Shown here one piece after another: positions 53,401-63,054 of a DNA stretch of 64,000 bases. The notes beneath the pieces were generated by a model. It was not told the DNA's origin and made no database searches. It was given only the letters and a program-made list of their open reading frames with translations. The DNA is from Dehalococcoidia bacterium (GTDB lineage Bacteria; Chloroflexota; Dehalococcoidia; Lucifugimonadales; UBA3495). A program made the translations under genes and the position numbers. The stretch spans positions 971 to 64,970 of the forward strand of contig JASLXV010000033.1 in NCBI GenBank assembly GCA_030740155.1, written 5' to 3'. Position 1 is the first letter of the stretch. Each line of letters starts with the position of its first letter.

Positions 53401-54591
53401 ATGGAAAAGTCTACCGCAGCGCTTCAGGGATTGAGGGTATTGGACCTGGGGCGGCACCAGGCGGCCCCAAGGGCGGGCCACATCTTAGCGCGCCTGGGCG
53501 CTGAGGTCATCAAGATCGAACCGCCGGGAAACAACGAGACCCGCACCGGGGTGCCCAGGGTTCGCGGCCTGAGCACCCACTGGATTTGCATGAACGCCGG
53601 GAAGAAAAGCCTGGGTATCGACCTGCGGACCGAGGAAGGCAAGGAGATAATCCGGGGGCTGGTGAAAGTCTCGGACGTGTTCATCCAGAACTTCCGGGTG
53701 GGGATGATACAGCATATCGGCTTCGGCTACGACGTGCTCAAAGCCCTCAATCCACGAATTATCATGCTCAACTGCTCCGCCTATGGGCAGACTGGGCCCA
53801 ACAAAGACCTGATTGGCTGGGACACCGTGGGCCAGGCGATGAGCGGCCACATGTCGGTGACCGGCTACCCGGAAATGCCGCCGGTGCGCACCTTCTTCTC
53901 ATTGGCCGACCGGACCACCGCCCTCCACGGCACCATCGGCGTACTCTCGGCCCTGCGCCAGCGGTCGATCACCGGAAGGGGCCAATCGATAGACGTGTGC
54001 CTGGCCGATTCCGGTTACACCTGGATGGAGGACACTCTCATCGCCTACCTGGCGGAGGGTATCGCGCCCCAGCGCCGCGGCAACCGGGGAAGGGGCGCCC
54101 CGATGAACAGCTATAAGACCAGCAACGGTTGGGTCTACGTTATCGCATCTCAAAAGAACCAGTGGGAGCGCCTCTGCAAGCTCCTGAACAAGCCCGAATG
54201 GCTGGCGGACCCGGAGTTGCAAGAGGGTGACGGCAGGATGCGGAAGATAGAAATGCTGGACGCGGAAATCGAGAAGTGGACCCTCCAGCACACCTCGGAA
54301 GAGGTGGAGCGGCTGATGAACGAGGCGGAGATCACGTGCGCCGCCGTCAACGATATTCCGACGGCGGCCGAGAATCCCCAACTGTGGGGGCGGGAGCTGC
54401 TGGTGGAGGTGGACCACCCCTACGACGACGGCAAGGTCCTCGCTCCGGGTATGGCCATCAAGCTGGGTAAGAGCGGGCATGTCATCGGCCCTCTATCCGC
54501 GCCCGGCCAGCACAACGAGGAAATCCTCACGGGTCTTCTGAATTACACCAAAGACGACATGGACCGGATGAAAGAGGAAGGAGTCATCTAG
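53401..54591 (+). CDS. Family III CoA-transferase (CaiB/BaiF), tandem copy 1
   Basis: LRVLDLGRHQAAPRAGHILARLGAEVIKIEPPG... Start at ATG 53401 after GGAGG. Confidence 0.85.
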   Translation: MEKSTAALQGLRVLDLGRHQAAPRAGHILARLGAEVIKIEPPGNNETRTGVPRVRGLSTHWICMNAGKKSLGIDLRTEEGKEIIRGLVKVSDVFIQNFRVGMIQHIGFGYDVLKALNPRIIMLNCSAYGQTGPNKDLIGWDTVGQAMSGHMSVTGYPEMPPVRTFFSLADRTTALHGTIGVLSALRQRSITGRGQSIDVCLADSGYTWMEDTLIAYLAEGIAPQRRGNRGRGAPMNSYKTSNGWVYVIASQKNQWERLCKLLNKPEWLADPELQEGDGRMRKIEMLDAEIEKWTLQHTSEEVERLMNEAEITCAAVNDIPTAAENPQLWGRELLVEVDHPYDDGKVLAPGMAIKLGKSGHVIGPLSAPGQHNEEILTGLLNYTKDDMDRMKEEGVI

Positions 54592-54646
54592 CGGCGGCTG
54601 GGCCTACCCATCCACCGTTTTCTACTGTCTACGAGGAGGTATCTTC

Positions 54647-55864
54647 ATGGCGGAAATCAAATCAGCCCTCGAAGGAATAAGGGTGCTGGACCTGGGCCGG
54701 CACCAGGCCGCCCCGAGGGCCGCCCATATCATGGCCAGATTGGGCGCCGAGGTGATCAAGATAGAGCCCCGGGGCAACAACGAGACCCGCACCGCGCTGC
54801 CGAGGGTACGGGGCCTGAGCACCCACTGGATATCCATGAACGCCGGGAAGAAGAGCCTGAGCATGGACCTGAGGACCGATAAGGCCAAGGAGATTCTGCG
54901 GGAGCTGATAAAGGTCTCCGACGTGTTCATTCAGAATTTCCGTCCCGGCACCATCGCCAAGATGGGGTTCTCCTGGGATGTGCTTAACGCCCTTAACCCC
55001 CGAATCATCATGTGCAACATCTCAGCCTACGGCCAATACGGCCCCTTCAACGAGCGGGTCGGCCTGGATGTTGTCGGTCAGGCCATGAGCGGCCACATGT
55101 CGCTCACTGGTTACCCGGAAACACCCCCGGTGCGCAGTTTCTTCTCCCTGGTGGACCGCACCACCGCGCTCCACGGCGTCATCGGCGTGCTCGCCGCCCT
55201 GAATGCCAGGGAGCTTACCGGCGAGGGACAGACCGTGGACGTCTGTTTGGCGGACTCGGGCTATAGCTGGATGGAAGACACCCTCATCGGCTACCTGTCG
55301 GATGGCACCGTGCCCGAGCGCCGCGGCAACCGGGCTCGGGGCGGCCCGGCGAACACCTTCCTCACCAAGGACGGCTATATCCTGATTCTGGCGTCCAACA
55401 AGAATGTCTGGGAGCGGCTGTGCCGCCTCCTGAACAAGCCGGAATGGCTCGCGAACCCGGAATTGCAGACCCAGGACGGCCGAATCAAACACGTTGAGAT
55501 GCTGGAGCGGGAGATAGGCGAATGGGTCAGCCAATACACCATCGACGAGGCGGCGAAGATCCTCAATAAGGCGGAAATAGCCTGTCAGCCGGTCAACGAC
55601 ATTCCTCGGGCTACTCAGGAAGCCCAACTCTGGGATCGAGGGCTCCTGTGGGAAGCAGAGCACCCCTACGACGGCGGCAAGGTCCACGTCCCCGGAATGG
55701 CCATAAAACTCAGCGATAGCAATCCGCCACAGGGGCCGCTATCCGCTCCGGGACAGCACACGGAAGAACTCCTCACCGGCGTCCTCAAATACTCGCAAGA
55801 GGATGTCGAGCAGCTACACCAGGACAAGGTGGTATACAAGATACAGCCGGGTATTCCCGAATGA
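54647..55864 (+). CDS. Family III CoA-transferase (CaiB/BaiF), tandem copy 2
   Basis: IRVLDLGRHQAAPRAAHIMARLGAEVIKIEPRG... It is collinear with copy 1 over its whole length. Confidence 0.85.
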   Translation: MAEIKSALEGIRVLDLGRHQAAPRAAHIMARLGAEVIKIEPRGNNETRTALPRVRGLSTHWISMNAGKKSLSMDLRTDKAKEILRELIKVSDVFIQNFRPGTIAKMGFSWDVLNALNPRIIMCNISAYGQYGPFNERVGLDVVGQAMSGHMSLTGYPETPPVRSFFSLVDRTTALHGVIGVLAALNARELTGEGQTVDVCLADSGYSWMEDTLIGYLSDGTVPERRGNRARGGPANTFLTKDGYILILASNKNVWERLCRLLNKPEWLANPELQTQDGRIKHVEMLEREIGEWVSQYTIDEAAKILNKAEIACQPVNDIPRATQEAQLWDRGLLWEAEHPYDGGKVHVPGMAIKLSDSNPPQGPLSAPGQHTEELLTGVLKYSQEDVEQLHQDKVVYKIQPGIPE

Positions 55865-56052
55865 GCTGACGTTTTCACCCGGGAGGGTCCTTTACCGTCG
55901 GCCCCGGCTTTTCGATTTTCGGAAGGCCGGGGCAAGGCGGTCATGGCCTTTGGCGGAGGGTCTAGGCTGCTAAAAAAGACTGTCCGCCAGGCTCCTCTCA
56001 ATGCTGATAATTGTCCTTCTTGGATATTGACCCAAGGGACGGGGGCAAGGCC

Positions 56053-56082
56053 ATTGTCATTCTGAAGCGAAGGGAAGAATCT
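56053..56082. repeat. Second locus of the TGTCATTCTGA(A)GCGAAG(G/C)GAAGAATCTC motif
   Basis: Near-identical to the reverse complement of 20074-20103. Confidence 0.7.
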
Positions 56083-56087
56083 CGGTG

Positions 56088-56139
56088 TGACAGCGCTGAA
56101 CTGCTCCTCGGAATGACAGTGCTGAACCGCTCCTCGGAA
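56088..56139. repeat. Two tandem 26-nt units (TGACAGYGCTGAACYGCTCCTCGGAA); a third partial copy at 56297-56316
   Basis: The units at 56088-56113 and 56114-56139 differ at 2 positions. The first 20 nt recur exactly at 56297-56316. Confidence 0.8.
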
Positions 56140-56450
56140 TCATTCATTCTGGTTGCCACCAGCACCACGGCCGACGAAAATGGGAGTCATCCCGAGTCCT
56201 TCGCGGGAAGGAAGAGGGATCTGGGGAGGTGGAGGAGAAGCCCCAGCGCAAATGCCTAGCCGCTGCGGCTGGCGCGGCACGACACTTTCGTACCAATGAC
56301 AGCGCTGAACTGCTCCCAGAAACGGTGGTGTCGGTTTGCTCGTGGAAATGGCGGCGTGGCTTCGCCCTTCGGAATGACGGTCTTGAGGCGAAGCTGTGAA
56401 AGCGGTCCCGCAGCCGATTACCGGTAGCCTTCCTCAGGGTCTGCAGTTCG

Positions 56451-57932
56451 CTACACCTTTCTGGTGGCGGCGTTCTCCCCGGCGATGCGGCCGAACGCGA
56501 TGCACTCGCTGATGTTGCCGCCTCCGGCGTAGAGCAGGCCGAATATGGACCCAAACTCCCCGGCTGAATAGAGCCCGGCAATCGGATCGCCGTCCACGTT
56601 CAACACCTGGGCCTTTTCGTTGCGTTTTGCCCCTCCCTGGGTGTTCATCCCTCCCGGCCACATGCGAATGGCGTAGAAGGGCGGCGCGTCGAGGGGAGTC
56701 AGGTCACTCGCGTCGCGGCCGAAATCGGAATCGTGGCCCCTGGCGCAGTAGCTGTTGTAGGTTGAGATCGTCTTGCCGACGGTGTCTGAATCCATGCCAA
56801 GGGCGCCGGCCAGATCTCGAACCGTGTCCCCGACGGAAATCCAGCCCCGTTCCAGCTCCACCGAGTTGTCCTGGCTCCAGGCATAGGCCTGCATCGGTCC
56901 GGTGATGCCACTGCTCAAGACCGGCACCGGCCCCGCGCTCATCCGCTTCCGGTCGAAGATCAGGTAGCTGGGTACCCGGGGATAGTCCAGCTTCCGGCTA
57001 TCGAAAAGCGCGGCTTCGTAGTACAGACCGTGGTTGCTGAACTCCTCACGGGTGAACCGGCGGCCGTACTTGTCCACCATAATGAACCCGCAGGGCTGTT
57101 CGATGCGGCTTCGTCCCATCGACATGCTTATCGCCACCGGAAGCTCGGGAAACTTGGCTACGTACCGGCCCGACACGCTGTTCATGTGCCATAGTTGGGC
57201 TCCCACGTCCATGGACATGCGGACGCCATCTCCCGTCGCCGACTCGCTGCCGGCGAAATGGGATGGGTAGACCCTAAGAAAGTTGAACTTCATCTCCTCG
57301 TCGAACTCAAACCCGCCCAGGGTCAGAATCACGCCCCTGGTGGCCCTGATGTTGATCTTCTTTCCCGGGTCCTCCCCGGTGGACGCCTGGACCCCCAACA
57401 CCTCGCCTTTGACGCTCGTGAGGAGCTTGAGGGCGCTGGTAGAATACATCACCTCGATGCCCTGGCCCTGGACCGCGTCCTTGAAGACCTTCATCATCCC
57501 AATTCCGGCATCGGGAAAACGGCAGACCCCGAAGCAATCGGCCCCCGGAAAGTCGTTCTCCGGCCTCCGGGCCGTCTCCGTTAAGGTCCCTCCGAGTCCT
57601 TCCACCCAGGTCTTGTTGAACAGCGCGTACTCGATATAGGCTTCAATCGGTTTATCTTCCGGCCAGCTGTTGGAAGGGGAATACAGAAGGCTGGTCTCCA
57701 GGTGGGACATGGCCCTGAAGTACTTCCGGGCTTCGCCGCGGTCGGAAAAATTCAGGAACCCGCCGGCGGCCATGTGGCTGGTGGAGTAGTGCTTACCCTC
57801 CTCCTGTTTTTCGATGACCAGCGCCTCAACCCCCCTTTCCTGGACGGTCAGGGCTGCCGCGGCGCCGGCGGCGCCGTAGCCTACGATCAAGACCTCGGTC
57901 TCCCGGTCCCATTTGCCATCGATTATGAGCAT
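56451..57932 (-). CDS. FAD-dependent oxidoreductase (FAD_binding_2; fumarate reductase/KstD-like)
   Basis: VLIVGYGAAGAAAAL dinucleotide fold and a C-terminal AGLYSAGEF. Start at ATG 57932, 8 nt after GAGGAG. Confidence 0.8.
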   Translation of the reverse strand: MLIIDGKWDRETEVLIVGYGAAGAAAALTVQERGVEALVIEKQEEGKHYSTSHMAAGGFLNFSDRGEARKYFRAMSHLETSLLYSPSNSWPEDKPIEAYIEYALFNKTWVEGLGGTLTETARRPENDFPGADCFGVCRFPDAGIGMMKVFKDAVQGQGIEVMYSTSALKLLTSVKGEVLGVQASTGEDPGKKINIRATRGVILTLGGFEFDEEMKFNFLRVYPSHFAGSESATGDGVRMSMDVGAQLWHMNSVSGRYVAKFPELPVAISMSMGRSRIEQPCGFIMVDKYGRRFTREEFSNHGLYYEAALFDSRKLDYPRVPSYLIFDRKRMSAGPVPVLSSGITGPMQAYAWSQDNSVELERGWISVGDTVRDLAGALGMDSDTVGKTISTYNSYCARGHDSDFGRDASDLTPLDAPPFYAIRMWPGGMNTQGGAKRNEKAQVLNVDGDPIAGLYSAGEFGSIFGLLYAGGGNISECIAFGRIAGENAATRKV

Positions 57933-58002
57933 TCGTCCGACTCCTCGCGCTGCGGCGCTGTTTTCCATTTGCCGGTGGGCCGGGGACGGCCCGCACACCG
58001 GG

Positions 58003-59358
58003 TCAGCCGACGGTGATGACGCCCAATCCGTCCGCGATCTCGATAGTGGTCCCGAAGGGCTTGGACATGCTCTGGAACCGCTCCAGTATCTCTCTGGCCA
58101 CCGCGCCCTGGGCCATGACCGGCCGCCCCCGCTGGCCCATGGGCAGCCCCATTCCTAGATCGATGGGATGCAGTTCGATGGTTTTGAGCCGCCCGGCCTC
58201 CCAGTTGGCCAGGGCCACGATGCTTTGCCAGTACACGGCCCCGACGTCCTGACCCCGGGTCTGTTTGCCGCTCCTAGCGTCATAGTAGTCCGCCGGGGTG
58301 GCTTCCCACCAGTCCAGCCCATACCTGGAGTAGGCGTCGGATGGTTGGAGCAGGACGGTGTCGTTCTGAAGGATGAAGTCGCCGATGCTGTAGAAGATGG
58401 GTTTGCCGTTGTAGATCTCGATGCCCTTGTCCCGGTGGGGGCCGTGGCCGATGAAGACATCGGCGCCCGCGTCGATGACGGCATGGGCCAACTCGATCAG
58501 GTGGTCGGCGGGTTCCGACGAGGAGGCGCCATGGTAGCCGCAATGGAAGCTGAACATGACCCAGTCGGCCATCCGGCGGGCGTCTCTCACATACTTGAGA
58601 TTCTGCTTGAGGTCTTCCGGGTCCATCATGGTGGTCTGGCCATAGCCTTCGCCCACGCGGAACTTGGGGGGTGCGATCCGCCGGCTGGCCCCGAACCGGA
58701 AGAACTCGCCGGTATCGGCCCACTTCTCTTGAGGCCACCTTCCCTGGCGGCGGGCGACCTTGCCCTGTTCCCAGCCTAGGGCCTCGCTGATGCGCTTGAG
58801 GTCGTTCATCGAGGCCTGGTCGATGGTGTAGGCCTCTTCCACGTGGATGAAGTTGACGCCGGGCTTGCCCTTCATGTCGGGGCGCTGGTTCACCGCCTCG
58901 CCGCCGGGCACCTGAAGGTGGTCGCACGCCGCCAGGAGGGCAACGCGCCCCTTGGCCGTATCCACGTAGGCGGGGGCCCGGGCCAGCGCCAGGTTGGCGC
59001 CGGTACCCGCGTGGGGCAAGCCGAAGTCGTCGAAGTTCTCGATGTTGACCAGCACACCGGTCTCACCGTAATCGTAGGCGTGGTTCATGGCGCAGGCCGC
59101 GATGTCGAATCCCGCCCACTGCAGCTCGCCGATCATGCTCGGCTCGGCCCGCATCCAGGTGCCGGGGTGTTCTATCCCCGGACAGCCTTCATAGTCGTGG
59201 AACAGCATCTCGGCGTTGGTGAAGCTCACGTCGGCATCGCGGAGCAGGTCAATAACCTTCAGGAAGCCCTCCTCGGTGAACGGAGAGAGGCTCCTCGTGA
59301 TGAGGGACTCCCCGGTGAGCGCCATGGTAATGTCGTTGCTTTGCGAATCGTAGAGCAT
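58003..59358 (-). CDS. CapA/PGA_cap-family (metallophosphatase-like) protein
   Basis: ALTGESLITR...DVSFTNAEMLF...NHAYDYGETG...FIGHGPH. Start at ATG 59358 after GAGAGGAGGAA. Confidence 0.75.
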   Translation of the reverse strand: MLYDSQSNDITMALTGESLITRSLSPFTEEGFLKVIDLLRDADVSFTNAEMLFHDYEGCPGIEHPGTWMRAEPSMIGELQWAGFDIAACAMNHAYDYGETGVLVNIENFDDFGLPHAGTGANLALARAPAYVDTAKGRVALLAACDHLQVPGGEAVNQRPDMKGKPGVNFIHVEEAYTIDQASMNDLKRISEALGWEQGKVARRQGRWPQEKWADTGEFFRFGASRRIAPPKFRVGEGYGQTTMMDPEDLKQNLKYVRDARRMADWVMFSFHCGYHGASSSEPADHLIELAHAVIDAGADVFIGHGPHRDKGIEIYNGKPIFYSIGDFILQNDTVLLQPSDAYSRYGLDWWEATPADYYDARSGKQTRGQDVGAVYWQSIVALANWEAGRLKTIELHPIDLGMGLPMGQRGRPVMAQGAVAREILERFQSMSKPFGTTIEIADGLGVITVG

Positions 59359-59488
59359 GATTCCTCCTCTCGGTTCGTGACGCCGCAATGCCGGTCGCGT
59401 GGCCGAGACCGGTACGCCGAATGGGCCGGTCCAACTCAGCGAATTCGCATTGATCGGTCAATCAACAGAAGCGCTGTCAATACCGACA

Positions 59489-59517
59489 GTTATAGGCATG
59501 TCCCAACCTGTTGTCAA
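59489..59517 (-). promoter_or_regulatory. Sigma70-like promoter candidate (TTGACA-17 nt-TATAAC) upstream of the CapA-like gene
   Basis: Read on the minus strand. It would give a leader of about 120 nt. Confidence 0.4.
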
Positions 59518-59952
59518 CGCCGCCGGTCTGAATCGGGTCCGCTCGCCGCGGCCGGTGTAGCCGTGGGACGCCTCTTCGGGCGATGGGGCATGAGAGATGG
59601 GAAAGGCTGGGGCGCAGAGGTATGCCGGAGGAAGAACTAGGGGAAGAATGCTCGGAAGCTGCCGTCGGGTGCCGGAGTTGGGACTGGCCAGCCCGGTCCG
59701 AAGAGGTGTTCCGTGGACCGGCGAAGACTCGGCTAGTGGGTGGCCATCAGGCACAGCCGCCGGGGAGGGCACGATTGATGAGAACGGTGGGATTCACGGC
59801 GCTCGGCGGACGCTCGTCCACGGTGCCGGACGGAGAATCATCGCCGGGCCGGACCGCGGCAAACGGACCGGCCCGGCGACGCATGACTGGTCAGCCGCCA
59901 AGGGAGCAATTCTTGGTGCTTAACCAAGTTAGATGCCAGCGATCGGACTCGC

Positions 59953-60261
59953 CTACGCCCCGTTCTTGCTCTCCACGACGATCGCGTAAACGTCCCGAGA
60001 GCCCACGTTTTCAACCTGGTGGGTCCACTCCTCGTGCCACATAACGTGCCCGTCGGGAATGTCCGCCTCCATGACCTCTCCGTTCGGGAGATGTATCTTA
60101 ACCGCGCCGCCCTTGACGAAATAGGCGACCTCCGAGGGGTGTGAGTGTACCTCGTCCTTCTCGCCCGCCTTCAACGTCATCTCCAAAACCCTGACGTGGT
60201 CGTTCTCCAACAGTGTCTTGTAGTGTGCAGGGGACGCCTGGACCGGGTCTATGTACGTCAT
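59953..60261 (-). CDS. Cupin-domain protein
   Basis: GEKDEVHSHPSEVAYFVKGG......G.......G.V.W......H.VENVG. Confidence 0.65.
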   Translation of the reverse strand: MTYIDPVQASPAHYKTLLENDHVRVLEMTLKAGEKDEVHSHPSEVAYFVKGGAVKIHLPNGEVMEADIPDGHVMWHEEWTHQVENVGSRDVYAIVVESKNGA

Positions 60262-60322
60262 GACTTCTCCTATTTTAGTGCCGGTTTTAGATTATGCGGT
60301 TGGTTCCGTGCGGTTTGTCGGC

Positions 60323-60478
60323 CTACTGCTCCGGTGCGGGAAGGACGCCCAGTTGCTGAATCATGCCGAATTGGTCCACCTCTTGCCACATCTCCGCGAA
60401 CTCGCCCGTGGCAACCCGGAAGTAGTCGAACCCGGTGGCCGAGTTCTCTTCGAACACGCCGGTATGTCCTTCGTACAT
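60323..60478 (-). pseudogene. Possible C-terminal remnant of a SnoaL-like ester cyclase
   Basis: Own translation: MYEGHTGVFEENSATGFDYFRVATGEFAEMWQEVDQFGMIQQLGVLPAPEQ*. It resembles the ...HTGEF.G...TGK......FR...GKI.E.W...D..G...QLG tail of that family. No N-terminal domain is present in this frame. Confidence 0.25.
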
Positions 60479-60824
60479 GAAGTGTAAATGGCCCTGGTAT
60501 AACGGAGGTCCATGGTGCGTTGGTGACCCAGCGTTGGCCCGTCGAGCGTGGAGTTAGCTCTGGTTTGCGGATCAGGCGCTGGAGTCCACCCCTCCTCCCC
60601 CGGCTTGATCGCAAACACTCGGCCGCCGCCAATCCGCGGTCTCGGGCCGGGTCCGACGGTGCCCGTCCCAGGCCTTCGCTCTTGAACCGAGGATGCTGTC
60701 CTGGGTTTTTCAAGAGGAATCGGCCTTTGGAACGAGGCCCTATATCAATAGTCGGGTATGCGACGCGCCATGAATAGGTGCAAACACATCAAAGATGCGA
60801 GGAACCGGGGCCAAACAGCAGGAT

Positions 60825-61511
60825 CTAGATAAGCCGCTTACGGGAAGCGTAGACCACGGCCTGGAGGCGGCTGTCGACTCCTAGTTTCGTGAGGAGCCTT
60901 GAAACGTGATTGCGTGCGGTGAGGGGCCGTATGCTCAGGGTCTCGGCAATCTGCTGGGTGGTCGTGCCGGCTGCCAGCAGGCGGAGCACCTGTATTTCTC
61001 GCCTTGAGAGCTTCGGCAGTGGTGTGGGGTCCTCTTCGACTTCCTCCACCGGGTCGCCGTTCTCTTCGCTCAAGAGTTGGTGGAGCGTGGTGCTGGCCTT
61101 TCGGGCGAACTCCTCGATGCGGCGGCGCTCGCTCACATCCCGGAAGAGGTAGAGGACCTGAAAGTCGTGCCGGTTCTTCCGGGACACGGCCACGGTCACG
61201 TTGAGGCGCTTTTCCAGGCCGGTGGTAGCCGTGCACAGGAGATCGTAGTCCACCGTCGTTCGGCCCCGGCGAGCATTGGCCATCACGGGGCAATCAGGCC
61301 TGCAAATGCGGTAATTGTCGGCGTCCTTTCCTCCCAATATCTCATAGCAGGGCCTGCCGACCACATCCTTGGCCGCATGACCAAGCAATTGCTCAGCGCT
61401 GGCGCTCCAGTACACGATCTTTTGTCCTGGGTCTACGGCAAAGGCCCCGTCGTGGGTCAGAAGGTCTTGCCACTTGTGAAGGTCAATGTTGTTCGCGCTA
61501 TCTTTTGCCAT
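60825..61511 (-). CDS. PAS-domain / LuxR-type HTH transcriptional regulator
   Basis: A PAS-like N-domain (WSASAEQLLGHAAKDVVGRPCYEIL) and a C-terminal LSRREIQVLRLLAAGTTTQQIAETLSIRPLTARNHVSRLLTKLGV. Start at ATG 61511 after GGAGG. Confidence 0.8.
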   Translation of the reverse strand: MAKDSANNIDLHKWQDLLTHDGAFAVDPGQKIVYWSASAEQLLGHAAKDVVGRPCYEILGGKDADNYRICRPDCPVMANARRGRTTVDYDLLCTATTGLEKRLNVTVAVSRKNRHDFQVLYLFRDVSERRRIEEFARKASTTLHQLLSEENGDPVEEVEEDPTPLPKLSRREIQVLRLLAAGTTTQQIAETLSIRPLTARNHVSRLLTKLGVDSRLQAVVYASRKRLI

Positions 61512-61845
61512 GAGATGCTGCCTCCGGTATATGTATTGATGATAACACATCAATCAAGCTGGTAGAAAGGGCAGCGGGGCCCTCCAGTGAGGGAAGGAGG
61601 GATCTTGAGAATGGGCCGGTTTGACAGTGGACGTTTACGTGAGGCCGGGGCGGCCGAGGTTGAGGACGAAAGAACGGCAGCGTGCCGGCCGGGAGGGAGA
61701 AAGTGACCGGGCCGGGGGCGGAAGAACCGGTGCCTCGGCCGGTGGGCGCCGTCACGGCGCCCGCCGGCCGGAAAGCGCGGCGGGGGCGGGCTGTGTTTGA
61801 AGCGCCCGACCGGTTTGTGGCTCTGGGTGTAGCCTGAGTCCTAAG

Positions 61846-63054
61846 CTAAATGACCTTTTCCTCTTTGAGCCGGGCCAGCTCCTCTTCACCGTAGCCGAAG
61901 AACTCTCGGAACACCTCGGCGTTGTGCTCGCCCAGGAGAGGTGAGGTGGTGACATCGGAGGGCGAGTCGGAGAGCTTGATGGGGTTGCCAGGCAGGTTGA
62001 GGGTCCCCCTCTTCTGGTGCTCCACGGGGGTGATCATCCCCCGCTGGAGGAGGTGCTCGTCCTGGTGCAGGTCCACCGCGTTGAGGGTGGCCCCGGCGGG
62101 AACACCGGCCGCGCCCAACAGCTTCATCACCTCGTACTTGTCCCGCTGCATGGTCCAGCTTTCGATCATCCCGTTCACCTCGTCGGCGTGGTCGACGCGC
62201 CACAGGGGATCGGAGTAGTTGGCGTCTCCCAGCAGGTCCTCCCGTCCGATGACCTCCAGCAGGGCGTCCCACATGCGGGGCCGTACCGGCTGGGTGTAGA
62301 TGTAGCAGTAGTCATCCGGGCCGCCCGGCTTGCACTTGTAGATGTCGCCGGGCACTCCGCCGCCAACGACCGTGTTGCCCGGCCGTCCAACGGGATTTCC
62401 CGTCTCGTAGTAGCTGCGCAGCCGGGGGCGGCAGAAGTTCACGATGCAGTCCTGCATGGCGACCTCCACCACCTGGCCCTTACCTGACTGCTGCCGCTGC
62501 CACAGGGCCCCCAGAATGCCGATGGCGGCGTGGAGGCCGGTACCCGTGTCGCCGATGGTCGGGCCGGGTTTGAGGGGAGGGCTGCCGGGGAACCCGGTCA
62601 TGGTCATGGCGCCGCCCATGGCCTGGGCAATCATGTCGAAGGCCTTGAAGTCGCTGTAGGGCCCGTAGCTGCCAAACCCCTTGATGCGGGCCATGATGAT
62701 CTTGGGGTTGACCTCACTGAGTACGTCGTAGCCCAGCCCCAGCCTTTCCATGGCGCCCGGGGCCATGTTCTCGGCCACGATGTCCGCCTGGCGCACCATG
62801 TCCAGGAACATGGTCTTACCCGTCTCGCTCCTGAGGTTGAGGGTCACACTACGCTTGTTCAGGTTCAGTACGATGAAGTAGTAGCTGTCGACCCCGGGCA
62901 CGTCCGTTCGGCTGCGCCGGCCTGGGTCGCCCTGGTTGGGCTCCTCCACCTTGATGACGTCGGCCCCGAGAAAGGCCAACGCCTCGGTACAAGAGGTGCC
63001 GGCTTCGAACTGAGTGAGGTCGATTACCTTTATTCCCTCGAGAGCTTTTGCCAC
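61846..63054 (-). CDS. Family III CoA-transferase (CaiB/BaiF; formyl-CoA-transferase-like)
   Basis: IKVIDLTQFEAGTSCTEALAFLGADVIKVEEP... full-length pattern. Confidence 0.85.
   Translation of the reverse strand: MAKALEGIKVIDLTQFEAGTSCTEALAFLGADVIKVEEPNQGDPGRRSRTDVPGVDSYYFIVLNLNKRSVTLNLRSETGKTMFLDMVRQADIVAENMAPGAMERLGLGYDVLSEVNPKIIMARIKGFGSYGPYSDFKAFDMIAQAMGGAMTMTGFPGSPPLKPGPTIGDTGTGLHAAIGILGALWQRQQSGKGQVVEVAMQDCIVNFCRPRLRSYYETGNPVGRPGNTVVGGGVPGDIYKCKPGGPDDYCYIYTQPVRPRMWDALLEVIGREDLLGDANYSDPLWRVDHADEVNGMIESWTMQRDKYEVMKLLGAAGVPAGATLNAVDLHQDEHLLQRGMITPVEHQKRGTLNLPGNPIKLSDSPSDVTTSPLLGEHNAEVFREFFGYGEEELARLKEEKVI

Noticed and set aside
59583-60044. 153-aa plus-strand ORF in the 59389-59952 gap, together with 59597..59923 and 59458..59772.
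   Set aside because: All are Arg/Gly/Pro/Ser-rich, carry no motif, and the first runs antisense into the cupin gene. The region is better explained as promoter and leader for the CapA-like gene plus spacer.
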